Source: Monocercomonoides exilis PA203 (lineage: Eukaryota > Protista > Preaxostyla). From it: a stretch of 64,000 nt of DNA. Where the stretch lies: assembly GCA_001643675.2 (NCBI GenBank), contig LSRY02000001.1, positions 1,116,001-1,180,000 of the forward strand. Direction: 5' to 3'. The translations under genes were made by a program, and so were the position numbers. This document shows, one piece after another, positions 11,641-23,762 of the stretch; position 1 is the first letter of the stretch; the number at the start of each line of letters is the position of its first letter. A model generated the notes under the pieces. It made no database searches, was not told where the DNA came from, and saw only the letters and a list, made by a program, of their open reading frames with translations.

Positions 11641-12762
11641 ATGTCTGATTTTTCGTTCAAAGAGTCAGAAGAGCAATCTTCTTCGCGTGAGCCTATATCA
11701 GGAAAAACAATTTCACGTTCTGGAGATTCGTCCGGGAAAAAAGACGAAAAGAAGAGCAAGAGTTTGTTGTCTTTAAATATTTGTTCACTTCAAAAATGCA
11801 ATTAATTTATTGGCAAATTTGTTTTTTTATTATTCGAAAATCATGAAATTCAATATTTATTTTTTATAGAAGGAGGAAGACAACAAGTTACCGAAGTTCA
11901 GAGAGAAGTTTGACTTCATCTTGGTTTTTCTTTTTCTTTTCAATTATCTCCTTGCTTTTAATATTTAATCAGGAAATTAGACGTGCATTTGATTGTTTTG
12001 ATACTGGTATTCTATGTTATTGTATTATCTGGATTAATTCCGATTATTTTGTTTTCAGATGGTTCCGGAAGCGTCAATGCACTTACTGCTTTAAAAGGTT
12101 TAAATACTATAAAATAAAATATTTATTGAATTTAAAATTTCTTGTAGTTACTTTAACTGTACTTGGTTTTCAACCCAAGAAGTCTGATATAAAAAGACTT
12201 TTAGCAAAAGAGAGAGGAGATTTAGTTGTAGATGAAGTTTGAACATTGTTTTGAAGCTTTTTGTAATTACTTTTGCTTATTTGGCTGCTTTATAGAACAC
12301 ACAACTTGATTTCAATACTTATCTGGATATTGTTACGCAAATGATGGTTTGATTTCATTTATTTAATATATGAATTAGCAATGTTTATAAATTCAAATAA
12401 ACAGGGAACTCCTCCGCCAGAAAGGGCATGATTCTTTATTATCTTTTGATAAGCTTTTTTGTTTTAAATCTCAATGAATTTTTAAATATTCCCTTGGGTT
12501 TTTTTCCTCTTTTAAGGAACTTTACAAGGCCTTCAAGCAGCTTGGCGGTTCTCCAACGCATCCTATCGGAGTTGCTGAGCTTGGATCAGTTGCAACAAAT
12601 CTCGGAATGGACATGACGCAAGAAGAACTGGAGGAGATGATCTTTCAGACGCTTCGGCGAGAAGATCAGCAGGCTGTGCTTCAAGGAAGGCTTGCTCTTG
12701 GAAAACAGACTTGCGGATTGGAAGACTTTTTGAAGATGATGAAGAAAACTGGCCAGTGCTGA
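11641..12762 (+). CDS. Centrin-like EF-hand protein; 8 exons: 11641-11761, 11870-11907, 11973-12006, 12059-12097, 12148-12236, 12296-12346, 12405-12425, 12517-12762 (~212 aa)
   Basis: Manual splicing gives ...QREEIRRAFDCFDTDGSGSV...LKVTLTVLGFQPKKSDIKRL...LDFNTYLDIVTQMM...ELYKAFKQL...VATNLGMDMTQEELEEMI...DFLKMMKKT, matching centrin consensus blocks. The 639 nt total is in frame. Missed by the ORF track because of the introns. Confidence 0.85.
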
Positions 12763-12981
12763 AATAAACAATGTTTCATTTTATTCATCACACATCTGCA
12801 TTTTTATTTTTTTATTTTTTATTTTCGGTTCATCATACTTCTCATTACACAATACTATTTAACTTAACACTTCGCAAACACAAACATCTCACCAAATATT
12901 AACAGAGAATACTTGTAAAAGAATGAATGATTTACAAAAACAAAATCACAGCAAAAAAGAATTCAACAACAATTGTAAAGG

Positions 12982-13497
12982 TCACTTAGCAGCAGCAGCT
13001 TTTTGTTCTTTAACCTCTTTCACTGTTTCTGCAATGCAAGGAATAGCTTTTTTGATGGTTTCCAAATCGTGGCAGAAGGCAAATCGTACGCTTCTGCTAT
13101 CTCCAAATGCACATCCTAACACAGCCAATATTAGACGCTTCTAAAGAGCTTTTGAAAACTGAACAAAAAAATTTTAAAAAAAATGAATAAAAACAGAATA
13201 ATCAAAGAGAAAAAAAGTTTGTTCAAATCAAACCTCTTTGTCAGTAACTCTCTCAGGAACATGAGGGAACAAATAGAATGCTCCTTCTGGAAGTTCGCAT
13301 TGAAGTCAAACATTTTAATTGATATTGGTTTTATAGAAAAAAAAAGGAAAAGAAAGAAAAACAAACATGAGCTGTAACTTCAGCAAGTGCTTTTTGAAAT
13401 TCTTCAGGTGGGGTTAATGTACGATTCCCCAGAAAAAAATCAATCACTTCATCTCCATGTGACTTACGCAATCTTGCACCTTCTTCAAACATATTTC
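12982..13497 (-). pseudogene. Class I/II (aspartate) aminotransferase pseudogene with the central part missing
   Basis: N-terminal NMFEEGARLRKSHGDEVIDFFLGNRTLTPPEEFQKAL lies ~70 nt from C-terminal LQCELPEGAFYLFP and then LAVLGCAFG..VRFAFCHDLETIKKAIP. There is an in-frame TGA before LQCEL, no usable acceptor, and no PLP-lysine region. Confidence 0.75.
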
Positions 13498-13885
13498 TGA
13501 TCAAAAAATGTTTCAGCGCATCAGCAAAAATTTCGGGAATGAAAACTTTTTTCTGCTGAAAACGAAATTATTCAAATGAATTATCATGCTTATAATTTTT
13601 ATTTCATGCACAATGTTATGCAAACGTGGAACAGGAGCAATATACAAATAATTCCCGCATTCCCCTTTCTTTATATTAAACATTGTCACGAAATGGAAAA
13701 TATTTAACTGTTCGATGCCTAAACAAGACCACTGCGACGGACAGATTTTTCGAACTTCTCGAACAGTTGATAAACAAAACACTTTCCTTTTTCAATCTTT
13801 TTTCAATTATAAAAAAATTTTATAAAAAAAAATTTTTTTTTTATTTTTTATAAAAAAAAAAATGGAAGATCCTTTTTGAAATACA

Positions 13886-14507
13886 CAGTTTGTGCAAAAA
13901 ATACCGAACATCGCACAAAATACCGGATAAGATCGATATCTCAATAACCGCAAGAAGTAAAATTCTGATAATTTTCCTCAAAATATATCTCATCAATACA
14001 AACTCACATGGCAAACAAGACTTTCATGACTTCCTTTTTTTTGCTCTAAAAAAATTATTATTGAAATCTCGGAGTAATAAGATAATGAGTTTCTCCGCTA
14101 TTTCAAAAATTATTTTTAATAGCATTCAATCGATATATCAATGAATGTCTGGTTATCAAATGAATATGTATTGATGAGGTATTATTTGGGTGATTCTTTT
14201 TGAAAAGTCACAAATGTTTAATTCTCATTAAAATCAAAAATTTCATATTTAATTTAATATTTTGTTTTCAAATATCAAACTTCACTCAAATGGAATCTAT
14301 TACTTGATAATGCTATTTCAAATATTCCAGAGGAGATTTGAAAGCTGAAACAGAAATTTGAGCAAAATGTGAAATATGTGTAGTATTTGAAAATTAAACA
14401 TTTGTGACTTTTCAAAAAGAATCACACAATTTGAGGAAAATTGTCAGAATTATTCCTCTTTCGGTTATTGAGAAACTGATTTTGTTCGGTATTTTTTGCA
14501 CAAACTG
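13886..14507. mobile_element. CAGT-ended MITE (Tc1/mariner-pogo type) containing a nested family-A MITE
   Basis: TIR CAGTTTGTGCAAAAAATACCGAACA / TGTTCGGTATTTTTTGCACAAACTG; imperfect inverted similarity extends ~90 bp. Confidence 0.8.
14188..14427. mobile_element. MITE family A copy (240 bp)
   Basis: TIR GGGTGATTCTTTTTGAAAAGTCACAAATGTTTAAT; internal sequence closely matches 23523-23762. Confidence 0.85.
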
Positions 14508-14667
14508 AAACTTTTGTTTGGGTTTTGATCAAAATTTTTTATCTCAATGGGATTTTCGAGAAAAATTATTATTTTTGAAATATCGTTATAAGATGGAAGC
14601 CTGTCTGACCTGACTAATCATTTTTTGCCTTGTCTGTCGCGAAAAAATAAAAAACAAAATATATAAA

Positions 14668-15091
14668 CAGTGAAACTCGGTTATAATCACCTCGGTTGAA
14701 ATCAAGACCCAAAATAATCACATTATTTTGCGCATCAAAAAATTCATCATTTTTCCATGTGTTCTTTCATCGGTAATAATCACGCCAATATCGCGAATAA
14801 TCACAAATATTAAAAAATATGAGTATTTTTCTGTCTAATTTGAAAATTTTGAAAAAATAAAAGTTGTTATTTTCTGTTTTATTATTAACAATAAAGAACA
14901 TTGAATCATTGAAAATTGAAAAATCGGAACAAATGTGTGGATTTCAATAAATATTGAAAATTTTCTTTTTTATCTTCAAAAAAAATTCAGAAAAACTTTT
15001 CAATGAAAAAGATCGTTTTGTCATAATCAAGTTCGGTTAAAATCACAAAAAATCGAGCAAAATGAATTGTGATTATAACCGAACTTCACTG
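14668..15091. mobile_element. CAGT-ended pogo/Tigger-like MITE
   Basis: TIR CAGTGAAACTCGGTTATAATCAC / GTGATTATAACCGAACTTCACTG, followed by TA; repeated subterminal AATCAC motifs. Confidence 0.8.
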
Positions 15092-15522
15092 TATATTAGA
15101 ATAAAAATTATTATTATCGTTATAATAAATGAATGAAAATTTTGTTCCAACTTTGTTTTTGATTATTTTTGCTTGTTTGTCAAAGTTTGGAGACAGTTTT
15201 TATTTTCAATAAAATATTTTGTAAGAAATATTTTTTCTATTTCAAACTATTTTATCAACTCTCCTGTTCTTCAAAAATATTCCAAAATGTTTGTAATCAA
15301 AACTTTTTTTTTTGTTATGAACAAACTAACTTATTTATTTTGACATTATGTTTATTAAAAGAAATTATCAAGAAATAGCATTTTTTCGATTCAAGTGGCA
15401 GGATTAAACAATCAGGCATCGAAAACTTCAAAAACAATATAACTGTTATGGAGTAGTTTTCATTCGATGTATGAATTTTTCTAATTATTGTCGCACCTTT
15501 TTTGAACTTTAAATTTTTATTT

Positions 15523-15790
15523 GGCGGAAAATATTTTTCTTCAGGCATTTTCATAGAAAAATTATGCACTTTTCATTGACTTTTTGAGTTCAAAAAACTC
15601 AATAAAAATGAGTCCATTTTATGACATTCGTGAAATGTTGGAAAACTTTATGTTTCGATTTCAAATGTGCCTGTTTAAGGATGTGAAAATCAAATTTATT
15701 TCAATATCTGAGAAAGCGAAACAAAGTTATGAGCTCAGTAATTTTTCAACGCATTGTGCAAATAATGCTTGAAAAACCGTATTTTCCCTT
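15523..15790. mobile_element. MITE family D copy (268 bp, ATTT TSD)
   Basis: Degenerate GG[G/C]GGAAAATAT...TTCAGGC / GCTTGAA...ATTTTCCC ends; internal similarity to 33298, 37378 and 62783 copies; ATTT on both flanks. Confidence 0.7.
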
Positions 15791-17479
15791 ATTTATTTAT
15801 TTATTTATTTATTTTGCGTTGTTTCAACATACTGTGAACAGAATAAATACATTTATCTAAGTTGCTTTGTCGCACTTAACGCTTATATTAACAAGCGTAA
15901 AAATTTCGGTGAATCATTTGTTTGTTTGATAAATTGTTTCTTATGTTGAAGGAATAAAGAAATTTCTTTGATATCTATCCTTGATCACAAATAAGTTATT
16001 GTGAAGAAATATGGGGGAAAATATGGCACTTCAAGCGCTTTCAGTGAAAAAATTTGCAACTGAAAAAAATGGATTTAAAGCATGGATAACATGTTTCTAT
16101 AAATGATTTATTTTATACTGTCGAGTTAAAAATTGAAAATTTAAATTATTGAAGTTTCTTCATGATAATTTTGAAAAAAATTAGAAATATTTCACATTCC
16201 AAGATTATTTTAAAAAATACATTTAAAAATATGCAAACATTTATTTTAAATGACTTATGGCAAAGAAAACTGCTTGAAAATTGTTTGTTCAATTATTCCA
16301 AAAAATAAATACATTTTTAACAAGGTGATATTAAGGGACATAAAAATTTTTTTAAATCTATTTTTTAAAAGCTTAAAGATAATTGGAGGATTCAACAAAC
16401 AAATGAAACAGTTGAAGCATTTATTTTCGAGTTGCGAAGAAATGAAAATATCAAATAAACAAACATTGGCATGTGGAATATTACAATGAAAACAGTTATT
16501 TCGGATTAAAAACGTGATAAAAGAAATTGAATTTAATTCTAAACGTTTCATCATGTTTGCAGTTTTTTATTTATGGATTTTGTTTTTTTAATTTTTTAGC
16601 GTGAGAATAATGATATAAAACAAAAGAGAATTTCATCATTGAAGAATAGGCTGTGTGGAGGAACGATAAGAACAAAACGTTTTTTCACAGTTGATTTTAT
16701 TAACAACTATCTTTGCATCGAGTATTACTCGCAAAATGATAAGACAGAAATATTCTTCAACAAAACTCTTCACACGAGCGGATGAAGATAAGAAGAAGGA
16801 AGATGACAAAACCTAATAACAAAAAAAAGATAGAAAGAATTAAAACAATGTGGATGGAAATAGAAAGATTATATGTGTGTTTATAAACTAAAGAAAAAAT
16901 TCTTCCAATGATTCAATACAGAGAAAAATCTGAGCTTTTTTGAATACTGGTAATATTTGACATTAATATTTTGATGTTGCAATTAAATAAGGACTGCAGG
17001 TGAATTTATCAACGCAAAGAGTTTTGTGCAAAACGATATTTTTATTTCTCCCTTTTAATTTCTCATCAATTTGCTCACCATAACGTCTCTTCAAGATTCA
17101 CATGCTCTGCATCTTCATTAGTTCAGCTTTTTAAGTGTTATATTTTAAACTCTTAAAAGTTCATTCAATGTTAAGTTCCGCTTATTTTGCATTTAACTTT
17201 TTGAGCATTTGGAGTTGAGTCTCAATTTTTGTAATAAACCAATAAACAAAGATTTTTATCGAAATGCTTTTTGAATTAGATGAGTCGAAAACATAATAAT
17301 TAAATTGTGGATTTTCTATCAAACGTTTGTTTCTTCTCTCTTTTGATGCTTTTGTGCATGCAATACAAAAAAATGCGATAATAACTCGTTGTGAATTAAA
17401 AATAATGAAACTTGAAATGATCTGATTGTCTTTGTCTAATTAAATTCAAACAACTGATCAAACGCATTCAACAACAGTG

Positions 17480-20160
17480 TCATTAACATTCACATTTCTT
17501 TTCTCTCTTCTTCTTTTCATCTCCTTCGTCATCACTAGTCCAATATGCCTCTTCTGTCTTCTTCACCAAACACACGGTTTCAATTCTATCTGTGCACTCA
17601 CACAACATACCATATATCCAGCAGCTGTTTCCAGAAAGATCCTTTCATCGACCCTCAAAATAGAGAAATTCAGCTGTAAGAGCTGACAAACAATTTGTGC
17701 ATCTACACCAATACTACCCGAAAAAAAAGACAGAATTCGATCCGAACCAAAGGACTTCGCAGCGGGTTGATAATTCGTTCCAACTTTGATAAATTCCAGC
17801 AATATTCCTTTTTGCTTTCCTTGCTTCACAGCTCCACAAATTCCCAGTTCTTCAGATCAATATTACTCTGTTCTTTTTAATCTGCATCCACATTCCTTTA
17901 AAAAGGTGTGCAAAGCACTGCTTTCTTTTAGAATTTACAAATTACACTCTCCGAGCTATCGTCTCACAAGCACACATAAAGCGCTCTGCCTTCCAATATC
18001 ACTGTTCCATTTTTTTATTCAACTTCTTCCTCGATCTTTTCAACATCTTATGCTCCATGCATTCAGGTCTCTTTCCAATTAATTCGTATATCTGACATAT
18101 AAAAAATTTATTTTGAATTCCTTTAATTGATACCTTGATAGAAAAATAAAACATAAACAGAATTGAAACAATAATTGAAAAAAAAAACGTAAATGAACCG
18201 AAAAAGAAAGAACGAAAGAAAGATAGACAGATGGACAATAAATCAAACTTGAAGCTGAACCAACTGAATCTTTAAGAGGAACTGCACCGCCAATGTTCGA
18301 CCGATCATTAAGATCAGCCTTTTTCACGTCTCCTTTCTCGCGCGCGCTTTTCACAATCCCACTCCCAAGCCCAGCCAGCCTCACCAGCACTGTCCCTCTT
18401 GCCACAACCCCATAATCTCCATGCACAGCTTTTCCATCCTTTTCTTGTCTTCCCAGCTCAGCGCAGCATCTGCACAGCCACCTTCTCCAGTGCTCGCACT
18501 GCTGTTTGCTCCACAATTCGCGCAAAGAGATGTCCCGCCAGCTGGAACAGAATATCAAACTTCCCCTCAAAATCAAACGTGATGTTATATTTCTGGTTTT
18601 TTAAAAAGAATTGCTCGTACGGAATCCACAACATCTCCGACCGTAAGAACGGCTGCTCTTTCACAAAGCTGCTTGCCAACATTGGAGAGAGACAGACCAA
18701 CGTGCACATTTAGAAGAAGTCAGAAGCAAAGCAGTCATCTAATGAGCTGAATCAGAGGAAGGAGCGAACACATGTGAAGCAGCAGTGCTGGCGCGGAGCG
18801 GAAGGAGGTGGTTTCCAGGCGCTATCTCAATGCCTCAAAGCAGAAAATACAACATTCAAAGTAATGCAAATGAATCCTTCAGCTACTCCCACTCGTCCAC
18901 AAACACACAATAAGAAACACCAAACACCTTAATCATCCCTTTCCCGTGGCACACTTGCACGATCGCAACAAACTCGTACATCGTCTCTCTACCTGTTCGA
19001 GTTCAAATGCAACAATTCCCCATCCAATGTCAAACACCCACCTCCTCCTCCACCCCCTTCTCTTCTCTTCTCTTCACTCACTCTCTCTCTCTCTCTGAAT
19101 TTGACGCTCCTCAACATACGTGATGCTCATCAACCCGTCCGACTGTATCATCCCTTCCACAACCGGCTTCCCCACAATCCGCTCCCACTCCGCACACAGC
19201 TCCACCAGCGCCACCGTCACCGTCATCGTCACCAGATAGTCCCGCCAGCTCCCATTCGCACTCTCGTCAACCAGCGTCACACACTCCGGGTGCGCAGGAA
19301 CACTCAGCAGCGATTCCACATCCAGAATCTGCCACTCTTCTTCTTCTTCTTCCTCTTCCTTCTCCAAATCAATGGAGCTGTCCTCTTTTCCTTGCTCCTC
19401 ATTCATCCCCAAACCATTTTTCGACATTTCCACCTGTTTCACATCTTTCCCCACTCCCTCTGCGCTTCCATCTGAAGTTATCTCCAAAGACCCATCTGCA
19501 GCTTCTTCTGCTGCTCTCCAGTTATCCTGTTTCATACCATCAGATGGAAAAGAACTGCACACTTCTGGTTCTTCTGAATGCTGCTTGTCTGCACCTGCCT
19601 CAGTCTCTGCCTCCGGACCCGCCTTCACAAACCTCAGCCGACTCAGCCCAAGTGCCTCCACAACCAGCAGAGTCATCGCTTCTTCCAGCTTCCCCTGATT
19701 CTCTTTGATTCTCTCCACAGACTCTCTGTGCGCAGTCGGATACCCGCCTTTCTCCTCATTCCCATCACCTCCTTCTCTCCCTCCATCTTCTTCTCCCTTT
19801 TCTGTTCCCTTTTCTTCTCCCTCTTTGCATCCCCTTTCTCCTTCCTCTGCCTCTTCCCGCTCCTCCAGCACCACCAGCGCAATCGCTGCTGGAGACAGAA
19901 CCATATCCTCCATCCTCAGCCCCACCTCCGAAAGCCCCTTCTCCATAACCTCCTTTATCCTTCATTGCACAACTTTTCTTTCATCACTTCTTCGGAAAGC
20001 TTCACAGCCACATGCATCAACTGTACGTGCCTGGTAACCTGTCGTGCTCTTGCTGATGAAAATAGCCACGACTCAAACAGATTGCATATCAACAGTCACA
20101 CGTTCACTTCCGACGCACAAACTTCTGCTTTCTTTGAAAGTCCGTATTTCGCAAGATAGA
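17480..20160 (-). pseudogene. GC-richer degenerate coding relic(s) of unknown function, including an acidic low-complexity ORF (19074-19946) and a (CT)n tract near 19060-19096
   Basis: Higher GC and codon-like texture on the minus strand, interrupted by stops and frameshifts; no recognisable domain. Confidence 0.35.
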
Positions 20161-20503
20161 TTTTAATTATAATTGAATTCTCAATGGTGCTTTAAGACTT
20201 TTCAGAAAGCGTTTCATAACTCCTCAATAAAAAAATATATTCAGAAGAGTGTGTTTCGTCTAAATGTTATCTCAGCATTGTTCGTTGTGCGTTTGGTGTT
20301 GGCTTCTTGTGATGAATGTGAATGTCACCGGCATCCAGCAAAGCAATCTTCAAAGGAATTTGATTGTGCTAATTACTCCTATCAATGTGAATGAGAATGT
20401 CACTTCAGATTATCTGAAGGTTTAATACAGAGAAGAGAAAGTGAAGATTGTCTATTCTCTATAATCGAATTCTTTTATTTTCCTCCCTTTTGTATCAGAC
20501 ATA

Positions 20504-22722
20504 TAGTCAGGGACAAAACCCGGGACAAAGACAAAACCCGGGACACTTCAGTCTTAAATAATTTTTTTGTATGTTTATTTAAAACAATTCCAAATCAAAA
20601 AACAATTCTTTATAAACTTTTTTGATTTTATCTTTTGAATGCCTGTTAAAAAATTTGTCTCTTCAATAAGAAATAATATCAAATAGGATGATCAAACTTC
20701 CATAAATCATATGAAAAAAGCAAACGTTTCTTCGCCTCTCCCTTTCAACAAATTATCACCGATTAAGGCCTCAGCAGAGTTTCGCCGGCTCCCTTCAAAA
20801 GTGGAAAAAGTTGATTATCTTCTGAAACAAGATGGAATCAAACCTTCAGATCTTGTGAAAGATAAAATTATTACTCATTCTTCCATTTACCGGCATATGG
20901 CTTCAAAAAAAGCAGGGCGTGATCCTCAACATGCTGGCAGACCAGGGCTGTTCAATAAAGAAGAAATAGAAGAAATAGAAGATTGTGCAATTGCACAAAT
21001 ATCATCCACAAACAAATTGACAGTTTCAGGCATTATCAGATTCGTGTGTTGTTTTGTGTTTATTTAATTTTATAATTGTTCATTTTTGATAGTCAGAAAA
21101 TGTGATGATGAAGAAAAAGAAAGAATAGACATAAACGCCTGAAGTTAGGAAAATCAGCAAAAAATGGGCACGCAGGTTGATTAAGAAAAGTGGATTACTG
21201 AAATTAATAAAACCAACTTTTATTGATCTTCATCGCATTCAAGCATCTGCAATTGAAAATATGAGGAATTGGTTTTCGTTGTTGAAAAATGTGATTGATG
21301 ATTATAATATTTCATCAGATTTAATCATCAATATGGACGAAACTGGCATCTTGATGAAGCAGTCGGACGAGGAAATAGTAGTCACAAAAGAATCTCAACA
21401 TGCTTTTTTACCAGAAGCACAGAGAAGGAAAAATGCAACATTATTTTTTTCTATTTTTGCAGATGGGACGTCACTTGATCCAATCATGCTATGGCCTTCT
21501 CAGACAATTTCCGAGGATCTAAAGGAATTGAAGTATCATCGAATTAACTGTTTGGCAAATGGGACAGGCTGGATGACAAGAAGAGATTTTGAAAAGGTTA
21601 TGATGGAAATATTATTGCCAAAAATTAATGAGAAACGAGTTGAGCTTCATGGACAGTCTTCCTACGCTTTGATTATACTTGATGGGCATTCCTCTCGCCT
21701 AAGTTTTCCAGTGATATCTTGGTGCAGAGATCATTTAATCCATTTATTGATTCTTCCATCACATACAACACATCTAACTCAGCCGCTGGATAGGTTTGTA
21801 TTCGCGCAAATCAAAAACAGCCCAAAAAAGAGTGTTCTCGGTTCCTTCTGATTCGTCAATTTTTTCTTACAGAAAATCATTAATATTAACCGTATCAGAA
21901 GTGGAAAATAACTCTCTCTCTCCAAGAATAATGAGAAAGTCATTTGAAGCTTTAGGAATTTTCCCATTTGACCCTTCTGTCGTGTATCAGTGCCTTCCAC
22001 AGAACACAGAAGCCTCTTTGATAGCTGAAAAAGCGGTCAACAATTCTTCACTTTCATGCAGTATCAGCATGAAATTATTAACAGGAGATACTTTTTTCGA
22101 AAGCTTTTCCATGCAAGTAGATAAAAAAAAGAAAAGTCAGCCAAACAGCTCAGAAACAAAGCAGGATGGTGCAATGTCTGAAGTGAAGGAATTATCAAAT
22201 GTTAAAGACAAAAGCTCCATTATTTCTGTCCCTGTTGAAAACATTAACTTTCAAAACCATGAAAAGAAAATAATAATTCGCAATGATGTTTTAACGAACA
22301 ATCTGATAATTCAATGGATCGAAAGGAGCAACCAGATACATCAGAAGAAGAAGTCACAATTCTTTGTGTAAAAAGGAAAAGAAAGCTTTCTTCAGAAAGC
22401 GAATTGGGATCCATCTTCATTTTCGGTTAAAAATATCTCACGTGATAAGCAAATTATTTGTTCAATTCATATTTCAACATGATTCAACGTTATTAAACAG
22501 TGCTTTGTTTTCAATTACTTTTTTGATGCCTTTCTTTTTCAACTGTTATTTTTAATGCAAATTCAATTCGGGCAATTTTATTTGGCTTGTTCGATCCTCC
22601 AAAATACACTTAAAATTCGATAATCATTATATTTTTCCATATTAAAGTGTTAAATTGTGTCAAAAAAAAGCAAAATAAAATATCCCGGGTTTTGTCCTTG
22701 TCCCGGGTTTTGTCCCTCACTA
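20504..22722 (+). mobile_element. pogo/Fot-like (DDE_1, DD35D) DNA transposon, full length but disabled
   Basis: ~42-bp TIRs TAGTCAGGGACAAAACCCGGGACAAAGACAAAACCCGGGA / TCCCGGGTTTTGTCCTTGTCCCGGGTTTTGTCCCTCACTA with TA on both flanks. Transposase 20711-~22371 carries NMDETG, ILDGHSSR, LPSHTTHLTQPLD (35 residues between D2 and D3). Likely intron 21044-21091, two stops near 21127-21135, frameshift near 21830. Confidence 0.92.
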
Positions 22723-23522
22723 TACAAAAATGCATAGGTTTGAAATTTCTGAAAAAGGATATAGAAAGGAGAAAAACTAAGATAACGAAAGAGATGAAAA
22801 AACAGAACGAAGTGAAATAGGAGATAACAACAGCTATTCGATATATGTGGAAGCTTTTTCAGAACTTCCTTCACATCTAGTAGTTGCTCTGTCTGCTTCA
22901 CAAGCATGATTTTATTTTTGTTAATAAATTATTCATAGAAAAAATTTCTGTCTTTTGTTTACGGAAGAGTGATAGAACAAAGTTTCTGAAAACAGTGAAT
23001 TAAAATGAGAAGATGTTGATTGTGATGAATACGTTTAGAAGGAGAACGAAAAATTGAAGAGGAGGAAAGACGAAGAGCACAGAGTCCGATGTTTCAATAT
23101 CTGTATTATTTGATAATAGAATTGAAAAGATAGTACTGGATGTTGATTCTCGGAGTAATTCTTTGAAAGTTCAAATGTAAATATTCATCAATCTTATTTT
23201 TCGTCAATCTGGTATCCCAATGATTCATATCTGAGGTAATATTTCTCTTATCAATTGATTCAGCTGGATCATTTTTATGTTAAAGGGTTCCGATCTTTCA
23301 AAAAAGCTGCTTTTTGTTTTAGAGGATAAACGAAATCCACAACCAATGGATAAGTTACAAAACAATTACAGCTGTTGGTCAAAAAAATTATGGAGTTTTG
23401 TGAAAAGCCAATCGGTAGGTGATGAAGAGAACTTTCTATCATTCTTTTTCTTTTCATATAGAAAAATGAAAAATATTAAACAAAGCATCACACAACAATT
23501 AAACGGTATTATTTATTCATAT

Positions 23523-23762
23523 GGGTGATTCTTTTTGAAAAGTCACAAATGTTTAATTTTTAAATAAATCGAAAATTTCATATTTTGCTAAATATTTTGT
23601 TAACAAATATCAAACTTCACTCAAATGGAATCAATCACTTGATAATGTAATTTCAAACATTCTTGAGGAGATTTGAAAGCTGAAATAGAAATTTGGGCAA
23701 AATATGAATATTTCGATTTTTTTGAATATTAAACATTTGTGACTTTTCAAAAAGAATAACCC
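23523..23762. mobile_element. MITE family A copy (240 bp, ATAT TSD)
   Basis: ~35-bp TIRs GGGTGATTCTTTTTGAAAAGTCACAAATGTTTAAT; ATAT on both flanks. Confidence 0.9.

Larger units (their letters stand above)
13734..14640. mobile_element. Putative non-autonomous element (outer layer of a nested stack) with short IR GCGACGGACA / TGTCTGTCGC
   Basis: 9/10 terminal inverted match. Its right ~120 bp (14510-14620) is homologous in reverse orientation to ~30980-31090 (ggtcagacaggctt; ttgagat..aaattttgatcaaaac). Confidence 0.4.

Noticed and set aside
19074-20159. Overlapping long ORFs on both strands as functional genes
   Set aside because: Purine/pyrimidine-skewed low-complexity sequence; adjoining frames are broken by stops and no domain is recognisable.
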